From: Spirochaetaceae bacterium
GTDB lineage: Bacteria > Spirochaetota > Spirochaetia > DSM-2461
Assembly: GCA_051531975.1 (NCBI GenBank)
Contig: JAOPTT010000014.1
Location: 135,167-199,166 of the forward strand
Direction of reading: 5' to 3'
Length of the DNA stretch: 64,000 nt
Positions 39,544-48,962 of this stretch are shown in pieces. Position numbers and translations under genes: made by a program. Positions within the stretch are counted from its first letter, which is position 1; every line of letters starts with the position of its first letter. Below the pieces are notes generated by a model. The model had not been told where the DNA came from. It saw only the letters and a list, made by a program, of their open reading frames with translations, and did no database searches.

Positions 39544-41490
39544 TTATTCAAAAGTTGTAGTTAAATCTCTATTTCGATCTAATAATAGACACTTATTAAT
39601 AAAGTCATCTACCTTAACATCATGAACAACAGTTCCATCTAAAGTTCTAATACTTACACTATCATTCTCTACTTCTTTTTCACCAATAGTTAAAATTACA
39701 GGTACCTGCATTAACTGAGCAGTTCTTACCTTCTTCTTTAAAGTTTCAGATCTTGCATCAACATCTGATTTTAAACCTGCTCTTTTTAACTTAATATTTA
39801 AAGCTTCAGCTGCAGGGTGGCAAGCGTCGTTAATTGTTAAAATCTGAATCTGTTGTGGAGCCAACCAGAATGGGAATCTACCACCATACTGCTCAATAAG
39901 TAGAGCCATAGTTCTTTCGTAACAACCAATAGAAGATCTATGAATAATTACTGGTCTCTTCTCTACTCCATCTTTATCAATATAAGTCATGTCAAAACGT
40001 TCAGCTAAGGCGTAGTCTAACTGTACAGTAATTACAGTATCCTCTTTACCCCAAACATTTTTCATCTGAATATCTAGTTTAGGACCATAGAATGCAGCCT
40101 CCCCTATCTCTTCAGTATATTCCATTCCAGATCGGTCTAATATTCTTTTTAATATAGTCTGGGACTCGTCCCATGCTGCTGGGTTATTAATATATTTATC
40201 AGTATTATTTGGGTCCCACTTACTAAATCTATAAGAATAATCCTTTAGATCAAGAGTTTTCATAAAGTATGAAATAAGGTCTAGTACCTTCTCAAATTCC
40301 TCTTCTATCTGTTCCGGCATACACATGATATGCCCTTCAGATAAAGTAAACTGTCTAATTCTAATTAACCCATGCATACTACCAGAAGCTTCGTTTCTAA
40401 AAAGAGTAGAAGTTTCTGCATATTTAACAGGCAGATCTTTATAAGTATGAGGTTTTCTGTTGTAGATAATATACTGGTGAGGACAAGTCATTGGTCTTAA
40501 AGCTAAAACCTCTTCTTTTGGATCCTCTTCCTCTTTATCACCTAAAATAAACATTCCATCTTTATACAGATCCCAATGCCCAGAAACCTGGTAAAGTTCC
40601 TTATTAGCCATAAATGGAGTTGTAGTATATTCGTAACCTCTTGATATCTCTTCATCTTCAACAAATCTAACAAGAGTTCTTTTTAAAGTTGCACCTCTTG
40701 GAGTCAACAATGGAAGTCCCTTACCTACTCTTTTATCAGTAACAAACAGGTCTAACTCTTTACCAACTTTATTATGATCGTTAGCTTCAGCTTTAGCTCT
40801 CATTTCAAGATACTCTTTTAGAAGTTTCTTATCGTTAAAAGCAGTTCCATAAACTCTTTGTAACATTTTATTATTAGAGTCACCTTTCCAATATGCACCG
40901 GCTAATCTAATAACTTTAAAAGCTTTAATAGAACCACTGTTTGGTAAGTGGGGTCCACGACATAGGTCAATTAAGTCCCCAGATTTATAATAAGAGATAA
41001 TTTCATCGGCACCTAAATCGTTAATTCTTTCAATTTTATATGGTTCGTCTTTAAATATCTCTAAAGCTTCCTCTCTAGAAACTTCAAATCTATTAAATGT
41101 AACCTTCTCTTTTACAATCTTTTTAACTTCGGCTTCTATTCTAGCCATATCCACATCAGTCAGATGAATATCATCAAAGTCATAAAAGAAACCATCGTCA
41201 GTAGATGGCCCAAATGCTAATTTTGAATCAGGGAATAGTCTCTTAATAGCTAATGCCATAACATGGGCAGCAGAGTGTCTTAAAACATCTAATCCTTCTT
41301 TGTCTCTGAAAGTTATAATTGCAATTTCTGAATCTGTTGTTATAGGGGTAGTTAAATCTTGAGTAACACCATTTACTCTAATTGCTGCTGAACTTCTAGC
41401 CAGACCTTCTGAAATTGACAAAGCAACATCAAAACCTGTTGAGTTAACTTCGAACTCACTAATTTTTCCATCTGGAAATGTAATCTTCAT
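39544..41490 (-). CDS. thrS: Threonine--tRNA ligase
   Basis: TGS domain, RHSAAH, DLCRGPH, RPMTCP, GEAAFYGPKLD and the C-terminal anticodon-binding domain. Confidence 0.98.
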   Translation of the reverse strand: MKITFPDGKISEFEVNSTGFDVALSISEGLARSSAAIRVNGVTQDLTTPITTDSEIAIITFRDKEGLDVLRHSAAHVMALAIKRLFPDSKLAFGPSTDDGFFYDFDDIHLTDVDMARIEAEVKKIVKEKVTFNRFEVSREEALEIFKDEPYKIERINDLGADEIISYYKSGDLIDLCRGPHLPNSGSIKAFKVIRLAGAYWKGDSNNKMLQRVYGTAFNDKKLLKEYLEMRAKAEANDHNKVGKELDLFVTDKRVGKGLPLLTPRGATLKRTLVRFVEDEEISRGYEYTTTPFMANKELYQVSGHWDLYKDGMFILGDKEEEDPKEEVLALRPMTCPHQYIIYNRKPHTYKDLPVKYAETSTLFRNEASGSMHGLIRIRQFTLSEGHIMCMPEQIEEEFEKVLDLISYFMKTLDLKDYSYRFSKWDPNNTDKYINNPAAWDESQTILKRILDRSGMEYTEEIGEAAFYGPKLDIQMKNVWGKEDTVITVQLDYALAERFDMTYIDKDGVEKRPVIIHRSSIGCYERTMALLIEQYGGRFPFWLAPQQIQILTINDACHPAAEALNIKLKRAGLKSDVDARSETLKKKVRTAQLMQVPVILTIGEKEVENDSVSIRTLDGTVVHDVKVDDFINKCLLLDRNRDLTTTFE

Positions 41491-41502
41491 TTAATACTCC
41501 TT

Positions 41503-41595
41503 GGTTGCATAGGCGAGCAGGAACATGTTCCGACCAGCCCTTGGTTGCATAGGTGAGCAGAAACTTGTCTCGAGAAGAACGGGTTCCGGCTAGCC
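41503..41595 (-). repeat. Tandem pair of the same structured motif directly 5' of the thrS Shine-Dalgarno sequence
   Basis: Canonical 37-nt unit at 41503-41539, and an expanded two-hairpin variant at 41543-41595. Confidence 0.85.
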
Positions 41596-41605
41596 ATTAT
41601 AATAT

Positions 41606-41635
41606 AAAAAAAGCTCCAGTGTAGTACTGGAGCTC
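41606..41635 (-). terminator. Intrinsic terminator of the thrS attenuator
   Basis: mRNA GAGCUCCAGU-ACUAC-ACUGGAGC followed by 7 U. Confidence 0.9.
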
Positions 41636-41670
41636 TATGGTTAAAAACTAACGATACAAAACTCCAGAAA

Positions 41671-41724
41671 TTAATCTGTTGTGGTTTGAGTCGTTGTTGT
41701 TGTAGATTTAACATTTATAATCAT
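41671..41724 (-). CDS. Thr-rich leader peptide of thrS (17 aa)
   Basis: MIINVKSTTTTTQTTTD* has 8 Thr codons covering ACA, ACG, ACT and ACC. Confidence 0.9.
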   Translation of the reverse strand: MIINVKSTTTTTQTTTD

Positions 41725-41731
41725 GTCTAAT

Positions 41732-41760
41732 ATTATTAAGAAAATTCAACTACATGTCAA
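41732..41760 (-). promoter_or_regulatory. Sigma70-type promoter of the thrS leader
   Basis: TTGACA-N17-AATAAT, 7 nt upstream of the leader ATG. Confidence 0.75.
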
Positions 41761-41772
41761 CTGCATAAGAAA

Positions 41773-42192
41773 TTAACTTTTTTTGAACCTTTCATCCCAA
41801 TCTCTTTCTTTATTAAAAACTGTATCTTCCATTTTTCCAACTCTAGATTTTAAGTTATCAAATTCATTTTTAACATCTTCTACAGTTGCTCGACGTCTAC
41901 TATCTGAACCTTTACGGCCACTACGTCTGCTCTCCTGATAATCATTTTTAAACTTATTAAATATAGATTCAGAACCTTCAGAACCCGCTGAACCTTCAGA
42001 GCTATAATCATCTATAGGTAAAATAATACCTAGAGCAACATATACAAAAATAAATACACCACCAGTTACAGAAGCTGCAATAATAAAACCAACTCTAACT
42101 AAACCAGTATCAACACGTAACCAGTTAGCAAGTCCACCACAAACTCCCATGATTTTACCATTAGGAACTCGATAAAGTTTTCCTTTATTCAT
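41773..42192 (-). CDS. pspC: Phage shock protein C
   Basis: KLYR...IMGVCGGLA PspC motif, one TM helix and a C-terminal coiled coil; start moved to MNKGK. Confidence 0.9.
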   Translation of the reverse strand: MNKGKLYRVPNGKIMGVCGGLANWLRVDTGLVRVGFIIAASVTGGVFIFVYVALGIILPIDDYSSEGSAGSEGSESIFNKFKNDYQESRRSGRKGSDSRRRATVEDVKNEFDNLKSRVGKMEDTVFNKERDWDERFKKS

Positions 42193-42193
42193 T

Positions 42194-42451
42194 TTAATCC
42201 TCCCGATCCTTAGCATCTAAAATTGTTTCTAAGTTGCCAATTCTCTTACCAAGATCACTTAATCCATAATATATCTCGTCTAACATCTCACGGTCTTTGT
42301 TACTCTCTTCAGAATGTCCATGTTTACCATGTCTCTTTTTATCTTTTCTTGACGCTTTTGGCCCATGTATTAGGGTTACAATTGCACTACTAATAACAGG
42401 TATACCAACAACTATAAAAATTATAGCTAATACAAACTCAAATGGATCCAT
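42194..42451 (-). CDS. PspB-like membrane protein
   Basis: N-terminal TM and C-terminal RIGNLETILD, in the pspB position between pspA and pspC. Confidence 0.75.
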   Translation of the reverse strand: MDPFEFVLAIIFIVVGIPVISSAIVTLIHGPKASRKDKKRHGKHGHSEESNKDREMLDEIYYGLSDLGKRIGNLETILDAKDRED

Positions 42452-43098
42452 TACTTTTCACTCCCTTTTTTTAATTTCTTTTTTAACTCTTCAAGCTCGC
42501 TATCTACACTACCTGCACCTTCAAGCTTAGAGAATTCATCCTCTAAAGAACTAGAAGAAAATGAATCAATGTCGTATTTAGCTTCCATTCTATCAACCTG
42601 TCTTTCCATCTCACTTATTTTAGATGAAGAGTCATAATTATTGAATTTATTAGCTTCTTCTGCTTGTTTTGATCTGATTACAAGATCTTTATATTTAGAT
42701 TTAACACTAATAAGTTTTTTTTCTAACTTAACAATATCTTCTCTTGATAAGTCTACATTTACTGTTAATGTCTCTAAATGTTTTGTAAGAGTGTTTACCT
42801 TATCAGTAAAATTTCTTTTTTCAATCAAAGCCTCTTTAGCCAAGTCTTCTCTATTTTTATCTAAAGCAAGTGCTGCTCTATCTGCCCACTGTTTTGTTTT
42901 GCCATCAGCATCATCTAACTGTCTATTTACAGTTTTCTTCTCAGCTAATTGGGCTGCACAAGAAGATTTAAGATCAATTATTGTATCCTCCATCTCCTGA
43001 ATCATTAACCGCAACATCTTTGATGGGTCTTCAGCCTTATCAAGTAGAGAATTTATGTTAGCAGTTACTATGTCTTTAACTCGATTAAATACACCCAT
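42451..43098 (-). CDS. pspA: Phage shock protein A, copy 2
   Basis: MGVFNRVKDIVTANINSLLDKAEDP N-terminus and a long coiled coil. Confidence 0.92.
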   Translation of the reverse strand: MGVFNRVKDIVTANINSLLDKAEDPSKMLRLMIQEMEDTIIDLKSSCAAQLAEKKTVNRQLDDADGKTKQWADRAALALDKNREDLAKEALIEKRNFTDKVNTLTKHLETLTVNVDLSREDIVKLEKKLISVKSKYKDLVIRSKQAEEANKFNNYDSSSKISEMERQVDRMEAKYDIDSFSSSSLEDEFSKLEGAGSVDSELEELKKKLKKGSEK

Positions 43099-43165
43099 GA
43101 GTGCCCCCTTTGTTTAATTAATATAACACAATATATTGCAGCACAAAAGTGCTGGCTGCAATACT

Positions 43166-43819
43166 CTATTTTTTAGGTTTAAGTTTAGCTTTTAATGCAG
43201 CTAACTCATCGTCTATTTTACTATCTTGTTCCATATCTTCAAACTGGTTGTTTACACTAGAACCAAAAATCTCAGCTTCAGCTTCCATTCGCTCAATTTT
43301 AGATTCAAATCTAGAGAACTTTTCAAGTACATCTACACCACTAGCTTTATTTATTACTTCGTTGGTATAATTTTGCTCTTCTGCTCTCTCTGCTCTAGAT
43401 AATAGTTCTTTTTTCTTATTAACCATCTCTACAAGTTTTTCTTCTAACTTTAAAACCTGCTCTTTACAAAGTTCAACATCTGTATCGATTCTTTTATAAT
43501 CTGAATCAATCTGATTAAACTTAGACTCTGCAATCCCTCGCTCTCTTAGAGCTTCTTTAGCTAGATCATCTTTACCGTTTGTAACAGCAAGTTCTGCTCT
43601 CTCTATCCATCTTTTAACTTCAGACTTAAGCTCTTTAATCTGTCTTTCTAAAGTTTTCTTCTCTGCAAGCTTAGTAGTACAGCTACACTTTAAATCAGAA
43701 ATAGCCACTTCTAACTCTCTAACTATCTGATTGATCATCGCTTCTGGATTCTCTGCTTTATCCAACATTGAATTTATATTAGCTGTGAAAATATCCTTTG
43801 CTCTCTTAAATACACCCAT
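43166..43819 (-). CDS. pspA: Phage shock protein A, copy 1
   Basis: MGVFKRAKDIFTANINSMLDKAENP; start moved to ATG 43819 after GGAGG. Confidence 0.92.
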   Translation of the reverse strand: MGVFKRAKDIFTANINSMLDKAENPEAMINQIVRELEVAISDLKCSCTTKLAEKKTLERQIKELKSEVKRWIERAELAVTNGKDDLAKEALRERGIAESKFNQIDSDYKRIDTDVELCKEQVLKLEEKLVEMVNKKKELLSRAERAEEQNYTNEVINKASGVDVLEKFSRFESKIERMEAEAEIFGSSVNNQFEDMEQDSKIDDELAALKAKLKPKK

Positions 43820-43856
43820 AGGTTCCTCCAAATTATTTCTTATATACAAACTCTAA

Positions 43857-43873
43857 TGCAATGAGTGTGCCAA
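43857..43873 (-). promoter_or_regulatory. Sigma54 (-24/-12) promoter of the pspA operon
   Basis: TTGGCACACTCATTGCA matches TGGCAC-N5-TTGCA. Confidence 0.92.
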
Positions 43874-43925
43874 CTTTCTAAATAGGTTATTTAGGCTTTT
43901 TAAACCACTAATAGATTAAAGTTCT

Positions 43926-43958
43926 GGTATATTTTACCATATAAAGGTATATTTTACC
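43926..43958. promoter_or_regulatory. Candidate PspF upstream activating sites
   Basis: ggtatattttacc occurs twice (43926-43938 and 43946-43958) at a 20-bp period, each a GGTA-N5-TACC palindrome. Confidence 0.7.
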
Positions 43959-43959
43959 T

Positions 43960-44940
43960 ATGAATAATCAAGTAAATGACGCAATAGGTGAATCAACATC
44001 TTTTTTAGATTTTCAGCAGGGTATTAGCCGTGTAGCTAAAATAGAGAGACCAGTTCTTTTTATAGGTGAACGTGGTTCAGGTAAAGAGCTAGCAGCGTCT
44101 AGACTTCACTATCTATCTAATAGATGGGATAAACCATTTGTAACATTAAACTGTGCGGCTTTAAATGCAAACCTTATTGAAACTGAACTATTTGGTCATA
44201 CCCAGGGTGCTTATACAGGTGCAGGGACTAAAAGAAAAGGTCGTTTTGAAGAAGCAAACGGTGGAACTCTCTTTTTAGACGAGATAGGACTTTTACCAAT
44301 GGAAGTTCAGGCTAAAATCTTAAGAGTTGTTGAGTATGGTGTATTTGAAATGGTTGGTAGTTCAAGCCCAATTCAAACTGATGTACGAATTATTGGTGCA
44401 ACAAATGCTAATTTAAAACAGATGGCAGAGAAGGGAGATTTTAAACCCGATCTTTTAGATAGACTCTCCTTCGAAGTACTATTTTTACCTCCACTAAGAG
44501 AACGTAGACAAGATATTATGTTATTAGCTAGTCATTTTGCTAGTAGGATTGCAAGTGAACTGGATCTAGATGGAGTTATTGATTTTTCTGACCACGTAAT
44601 CGGGCAGATTATGGACTATGACTGGCCTGGTAATATCCGGGAATTAAAAAATGTAATCGAGAGAGCAGTATACTCTGAAGATACAAACATAATTAATAAT
44701 ATTAAGTTAAATCCCTTTTTAAATCCTTATATCTCTTCTGAGGCTTTAACTGAGGAATCCAAGGAACTCTTTTTAGAGAATTTCAAAGATGATATTAAAG
44801 ATAGAGAGATTGATTATTTAACAACCGCTCTTAAAACTGCAAACAACAGACAAAAAGAAGCAGCGGAACTTTTAAATATAACTTATGACCAATTTAGAGG
44901 CCTATATCGTAAATATAAAGAAATTATTATAAATAATTAA
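43960..44940 (+). CDS. pspF: Phage shock operon sigma54 activator
   Basis: AAA+ with no N-terminal sensor (GERGSGKE, GAYTGA, TLFLDE, WPGNIRELKN) plus C-terminal TYDQFRGL HTH; divergent from pspA. Confidence 0.95.
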   Translation: MNNQVNDAIGESTSFLDFQQGISRVAKIERPVLFIGERGSGKELAASRLHYLSNRWDKPFVTLNCAALNANLIETELFGHTQGAYTGAGTKRKGRFEEANGGTLFLDEIGLLPMEVQAKILRVVEYGVFEMVGSSSPIQTDVRIIGATNANLKQMAEKGDFKPDLLDRLSFEVLFLPPLRERRQDIMLLASHFASRIASELDLDGVIDFSDHVIGQIMDYDWPGNIRELKNVIERAVYSEDTNIINNIKLNPFLNPYISSEALTEESKELFLENFKDDIKDREIDYLTTALKTANNRQKEAAELLNITYDQFRGLYRKYKEIIINN

Positions 44941-45216
44941 TTTTTTTTAGTCTAAATAAGTAATTTATAGTTCCTTATTATTAAAGTAATAGCGGTTAAG
45001 GTCTTTTCTTGTACATAAATAAGACTTTGTCATTATTAAATAGGTATAGAATTACATCATTGTTTAAAAATATGGCTCCTGACAGAATTCAATAAATGTA
45101 TATAATAAGCAATTTATAGTTAAAAGGCTTATTATCACTATGTTTTTCATCTTTTTACCAACACTTTATTAACCAATAATATAAAGATATAATCATTTTA
45201 GAATAAGGAGTTAATA

Positions 45217-46407
45217 ATGGAATTAGAAAATAGACTAGCAGATAGAACTAAAAGTATGGGTGAGAATATTATTAGAGAGATTCTAAAGGTAGTTTCAATG
45301 CCGGGAATGGTCTCTTTAGCTGGTGGAATTCCATCACCTGATAGTTTTCCAACGGAACTTTTTTCTAAACTCCTTAGTAGTGCTCAAGAAAAGTACAAAA
45401 CAGCTGCATTTCAGTACGGAGCCACAGAAGGATTTTATCCACTTAGGGAAGCCCTTGTTCCAATTTTACAAAAAGAGGGAATAGAGGCTACAGCTGAAAA
45501 TATAATGATAACAAGTGGGTCCCAGGGTATTTTAGATGCACTTGGTAAGATCCTTATTAATAAAGGGGATAACATTGTTGTAGAGTCCCCTACATATTTA
45601 GGTGCACTTTCTGCATTTAATCCATACGAACCTAATTATATTGGAATAGATAGCGACGATGAAGGACTAATCCCTTCATCATTAGATGAAATATTAAGTC
45701 AAAATGATATGAAATTCATATATCTTATTCCTACTTTTCAGAATCCTACAGGAAAGACATTATCAGTAAAACGTAGATTAGAAGTTGCTGAAATAGTAAA
45801 AAAATACGACGTTTTATTAGTAGAAGATAACCCTTATAGTGGCCTTAGATACAGTGGTGATAATATTAAACCTATTGCAAGCCTGATCCCAGAGAAATCT
45901 GTATATTTAAGTACTTTATCAAAACTTTTTGCTCCAGGTCTTAGAATTGGGTACTTTGTAGCACCAGAATTAATTAGACACTGGTTAACATTAGCAAAAC
46001 AGGGAATTGATCTGCATACTAGTTCTTTAAACCAGGCTTTAGCAGCTGAATATATAAGTGGTGGGTATTTAGAACCTCAGATCGCCAAAATTATAGATCT
46101 TTATAGACCAAAAAAAGAGGCGATGTTATCCGCACTAGAAAAATATATGCCAGAGGGTTTTAAGTGGTCGAAACCAGAAGGTGGAATGTTTGTATGGGTG
46201 GAAGGTCCAAAACATCTTAATATGAAAGAGATAAATCAAATAGCTATACAAAATGGAATTGCTTTTGTACCAGGAGAGGTTTTTTACTCCGATGATATCC
46301 AAGGTAAAAATACACTTAGGCTAAATTTTACAATGATTGAACCCGATGAGATTATAAAAGCGATAAAAAAGCTTGGATTTCTATTTAACAGTTTACCAAC
46401 AGAGTAA
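45217..46407 (+). CDS. PLP-dependent class I/II aminotransferase (LysN/MocR-like)
   Basis: SLAGGIP, FQNPTG, EDNPY and SKLFAPGLRIG motifs. Confidence 0.92.
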   Translation: MELENRLADRTKSMGENIIREILKVVSMPGMVSLAGGIPSPDSFPTELFSKLLSSAQEKYKTAAFQYGATEGFYPLREALVPILQKEGIEATAENIMITSGSQGILDALGKILINKGDNIVVESPTYLGALSAFNPYEPNYIGIDSDDEGLIPSSLDEILSQNDMKFIYLIPTFQNPTGKTLSVKRRLEVAEIVKKYDVLLVEDNPYSGLRYSGDNIKPIASLIPEKSVYLSTLSKLFAPGLRIGYFVAPELIRHWLTLAKQGIDLHTSSLNQALAAEYISGGYLEPQIAKIIDLYRPKKEAMLSALEKYMPEGFKWSKPEGGMFVWVEGPKHLNMKEINQIAIQNGIAFVPGEVFYSDDIQGKNTLRLNFTMIEPDEIIKAIKKLGFLFNSLPTE

Positions 46408-46439
46408 ATGGATTTACAATCTTACCCAAAGGAGTACTA

Positions 46440-46847
46440 ATGACTTTACTTAAAGATTTAATAATCTCAGATTTTGGAAAAGCAGAGGATTACAACTGTG
46501 CTGAGAAAATACTATATGGAGCAAATAAAGCATACGATTTAGGCCTATCAGTTGAATCTCTAAAACTAAGCGCTGGATTTGGTGGCGGAATGGGTATAGA
46601 GAGTAGTTGTGGTGCATTAACTGCTGGAGTTATGGTATTAAGTCACCTAAATGTTGATAAAATTGCCCACGAAGGTACATTAATAAAAGAGAAATCCTCA
46701 GAATTTTTAAATAGTTTTATTAAAGAGATGAATTCTATAAACTGTTATAAGTTAAAAGAGATCTATAGAGACGATGAAAAACAGTGTGACGATATAATTA
46801 TTAAAGCTGCAGAACTACTTGATGAAATCTGTGCAATAGAAATCTAG
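46440..46847 (+). CDS. C-GCAxxG-C-C family (putative redox-active) protein
   Basis: YNCAE, GFGGGMG, CGALTAG, SINC and a C-terminal Cys. Confidence 0.88.
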   Translation: MTLLKDLIISDFGKAEDYNCAEKILYGANKAYDLGLSVESLKLSAGFGGGMGIESSCGALTAGVMVLSHLNVDKIAHEGTLIKEKSSEFLNSFIKEMNSINCYKLKEIYRDDEKQCDDIIIKAAELLDEICAIEI

Positions 46848-46856
46848 GAGACATTT

Positions 46857-47333
46857 ATGGCTAATAAAATTAAAAAGGAACCACTTGGAGGTGTATCAAT
46901 AATGGCACTTCTAGCAATTGCAGGAACTACAATTGTTTCATTAAATATATTTAGAGAACGACCAGTTCCTTTTAAATTTAATAGTACTTGGGTTGAAATT
47001 ACAGACCTTGCATCAAATAGTTACAATGGTCCCTGGATAAAATTAATAACATACGAATTTATTTCAAATATTATTCTAGTTATTTTCGCCTTATTATTAA
47101 TGATACAACTACTTCGAAAATCTAAATATTTTAAAATAACTCTTATTTCGTTTTTTATTACTAAAACAGTATTTTTAACCTTCACATTCTATTTCCAGAC
47201 CATAATTAGAAACTTGGCAACACCTACAATACAAGAGTTAACAGGTACTGGATTTACAACACTATTGTTAGTTGGCTTGTGGATACCCTACTATATGTTG
47301 TCAGAAAAAATTGATGAGACCTTCATTTATTAG
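46857..47333 (+). CDS. DUF2569-like membrane protein
   Basis: Four TM segments, N-terminal LGG and C-terminal WIPYYMLSEKIDETF. Confidence 0.7.
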   Translation: MANKIKKEPLGGVSIMALLAIAGTTIVSLNIFRERPVPFKFNSTWVEITDLASNSYNGPWIKLITYEFISNIILVIFALLLMIQLLRKSKYFKITLISFFITKTVFLTFTFYFQTIIRNLATPTIQELTGTGFTTLLLVGLWIPYYMLSEKIDETFIY

Positions 47334-47378
47334 CTAATTTAACTTTACCATATATGACTCTCAATCTATAATACTCCT

Positions 47379-48962
47379 ATGAAATCTATTATTAAGAAAC
47401 ATTCCATATATATTGGACTATTAGGATTATCAATTTTACTGTTCTCATTATCATTTCCAGGTTATTTTGTAAGAGATGGAATCGCCTTTTTGGCTTTCTT
47501 TGCATTAATACCAATGTTCTTAGTTATTTTTAAACTGAATTATATTGAAGGGATCATATATGGGTTTCTATTTGGAATGTTAAAGTACCAATCTTTTAAC
47601 TTCTGGTTCAAAGACTTTGACCCAGCAGCATATGCTGTAGCCCCTGGTATTCATGGAATCTATTTTTTACTATTTTTTCCTTTAGCTATATTTTTTTACA
47701 GAACCCTACCTAAACGTGGTTATTTATTAATAACTGTAGCATGGTGGGCCTATGAAATATTTAAAAGTACAAATGTTGTGGGGTACTCTTATGGAGTTCT
47801 ATCACAAACTATGTACCAAACTCATATTTTTACTGGGGTTGCTGATATTATAGGAAGTTATACACTATCTTTATTAATTATATTCCCATGTATATTAGCT
47901 ACTTTTTTATTCTCCCAGAGAAAAAGAGGAGTTAACAGATTAGAATGGATAGTCCCTGGTTTGATCTACCTAATTATAATGGTTACATCAATAATTTATA
48001 CAGCACATTCTAAAATTGATTATTCCAATACAAAAACTCTAAGGGTTTCTCTTGCACAACACAATTTAAACTGTTGGTTATCTAAAGAGAATGCAGAGAT
48101 GTATGTACAGGCCTACGACCATCTAGAAGCTTTAAGTAGAGAGGCAGAAAAACTGAATACTGATGTTGTGATGTGGTCAGAAACTGCATTTGTTCCAGCA
48201 ATTGAGTGGCATAAAGAGTACAGACCAAAAGACCAAAGAGAACGATACGATCTAATAATGAGAATGGAGAAATATCTAAGACAGACAAATGCTTTGTATA
48301 TAATTGGTAATAACGAGACTTATAATTTAAATAGAGATATAACATATAATACAGCATATCTATACAATAAAGATCAGATAATACAAAGATATAGAAAGAT
48401 GCAACTTGTTCCATTTACTGAGAGTTTCCCTTATCCAGAGAAGTTTCCATGGCTATATAATTATGTAAAAAAACTAGGTGCTACACAGTTAAATCCCGGG
48501 ACAGAGCAGACATTATTTGACCTAAGGGGTGTAAAATCTACTATTTTAATCTGTTACGAGGATGCATTCCCAGATCTCTCAAGAAAAAGTGTTCTAAACG
48601 GAAGCCAGCTACTTGTAAATATTACAAATGATGCATGGACAGATTATCCAGCAACGGCACTTCAACACCTAGCAGCAGCATCACTTAGAACCATAGAAAC
48701 TAGAAGAAGCTTAGTTAGGGCTGGAACAACTGGTTTTACAGGTGTAATTGATCCAAATGGTAAGATTGTAGCTTCACTACCTCTATTTACAAAAGATATA
48801 TTAACATACGATGTACCAATATATAGTGAACACATAACATTTTATACACGTTTTGGTGAAATAATAGATTCATTAGCTTATTATATTTTAGCCTTCTTAT
48901 TGGCTTTTACAATTGTAATAAAAATAGTTAAGAAGAAAAACAGTGATAAAAAAACACATTAA
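47379..48962 (+). CDS. lnt: Apolipoprotein N-acyltransferase, copy 1
   Basis: Nitrilase triad WSET, YRKMQLVPF and ICYED; NITNDAW; multiple TM helices. Confidence 0.93.
   Translation: MKSIIKKHSIYIGLLGLSILLFSLSFPGYFVRDGIAFLAFFALIPMFLVIFKLNYIEGIIYGFLFGMLKYQSFNFWFKDFDPAAYAVAPGIHGIYFLLFFPLAIFFYRTLPKRGYLLITVAWWAYEIFKSTNVVGYSYGVLSQTMYQTHIFTGVADIIGSYTLSLLIIFPCILATFLFSQRKRGVNRLEWIVPGLIYLIIMVTSIIYTAHSKIDYSNTKTLRVSLAQHNLNCWLSKENAEMYVQAYDHLEALSREAEKLNTDVVMWSETAFVPAIEWHKEYRPKDQRERYDLIMRMEKYLRQTNALYIIGNNETYNLNRDITYNTAYLYNKDQIIQRYRKMQLVPFTESFPYPEKFPWLYNYVKKLGATQLNPGTEQTLFDLRGVKSTILICYEDAFPDLSRKSVLNGSQLLVNITNDAWTDYPATALQHLAAASLRTIETRRSLVRAGTTGFTGVIDPNGKIVASLPLFTKDILTYDVPIYSEHITFYTRFGEIIDSLAYYILAFLLAFTIVIKIVKKKNSDKKTH

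Noticed and set aside
41487..41714. 75-aa ORF MLNLQQQR... upstream of thrS
   Set aside because: It is an alternative frame of the Thr-rich leader and runs through the terminator and tandem motif. The 41671-41724 frame explains the ACA repeats and fits the promoter.
44941..45216. Possible riboswitch upstream of the aminotransferase
   Set aside because: AT-rich, with no recognisable aptamer consensus or expression platform.
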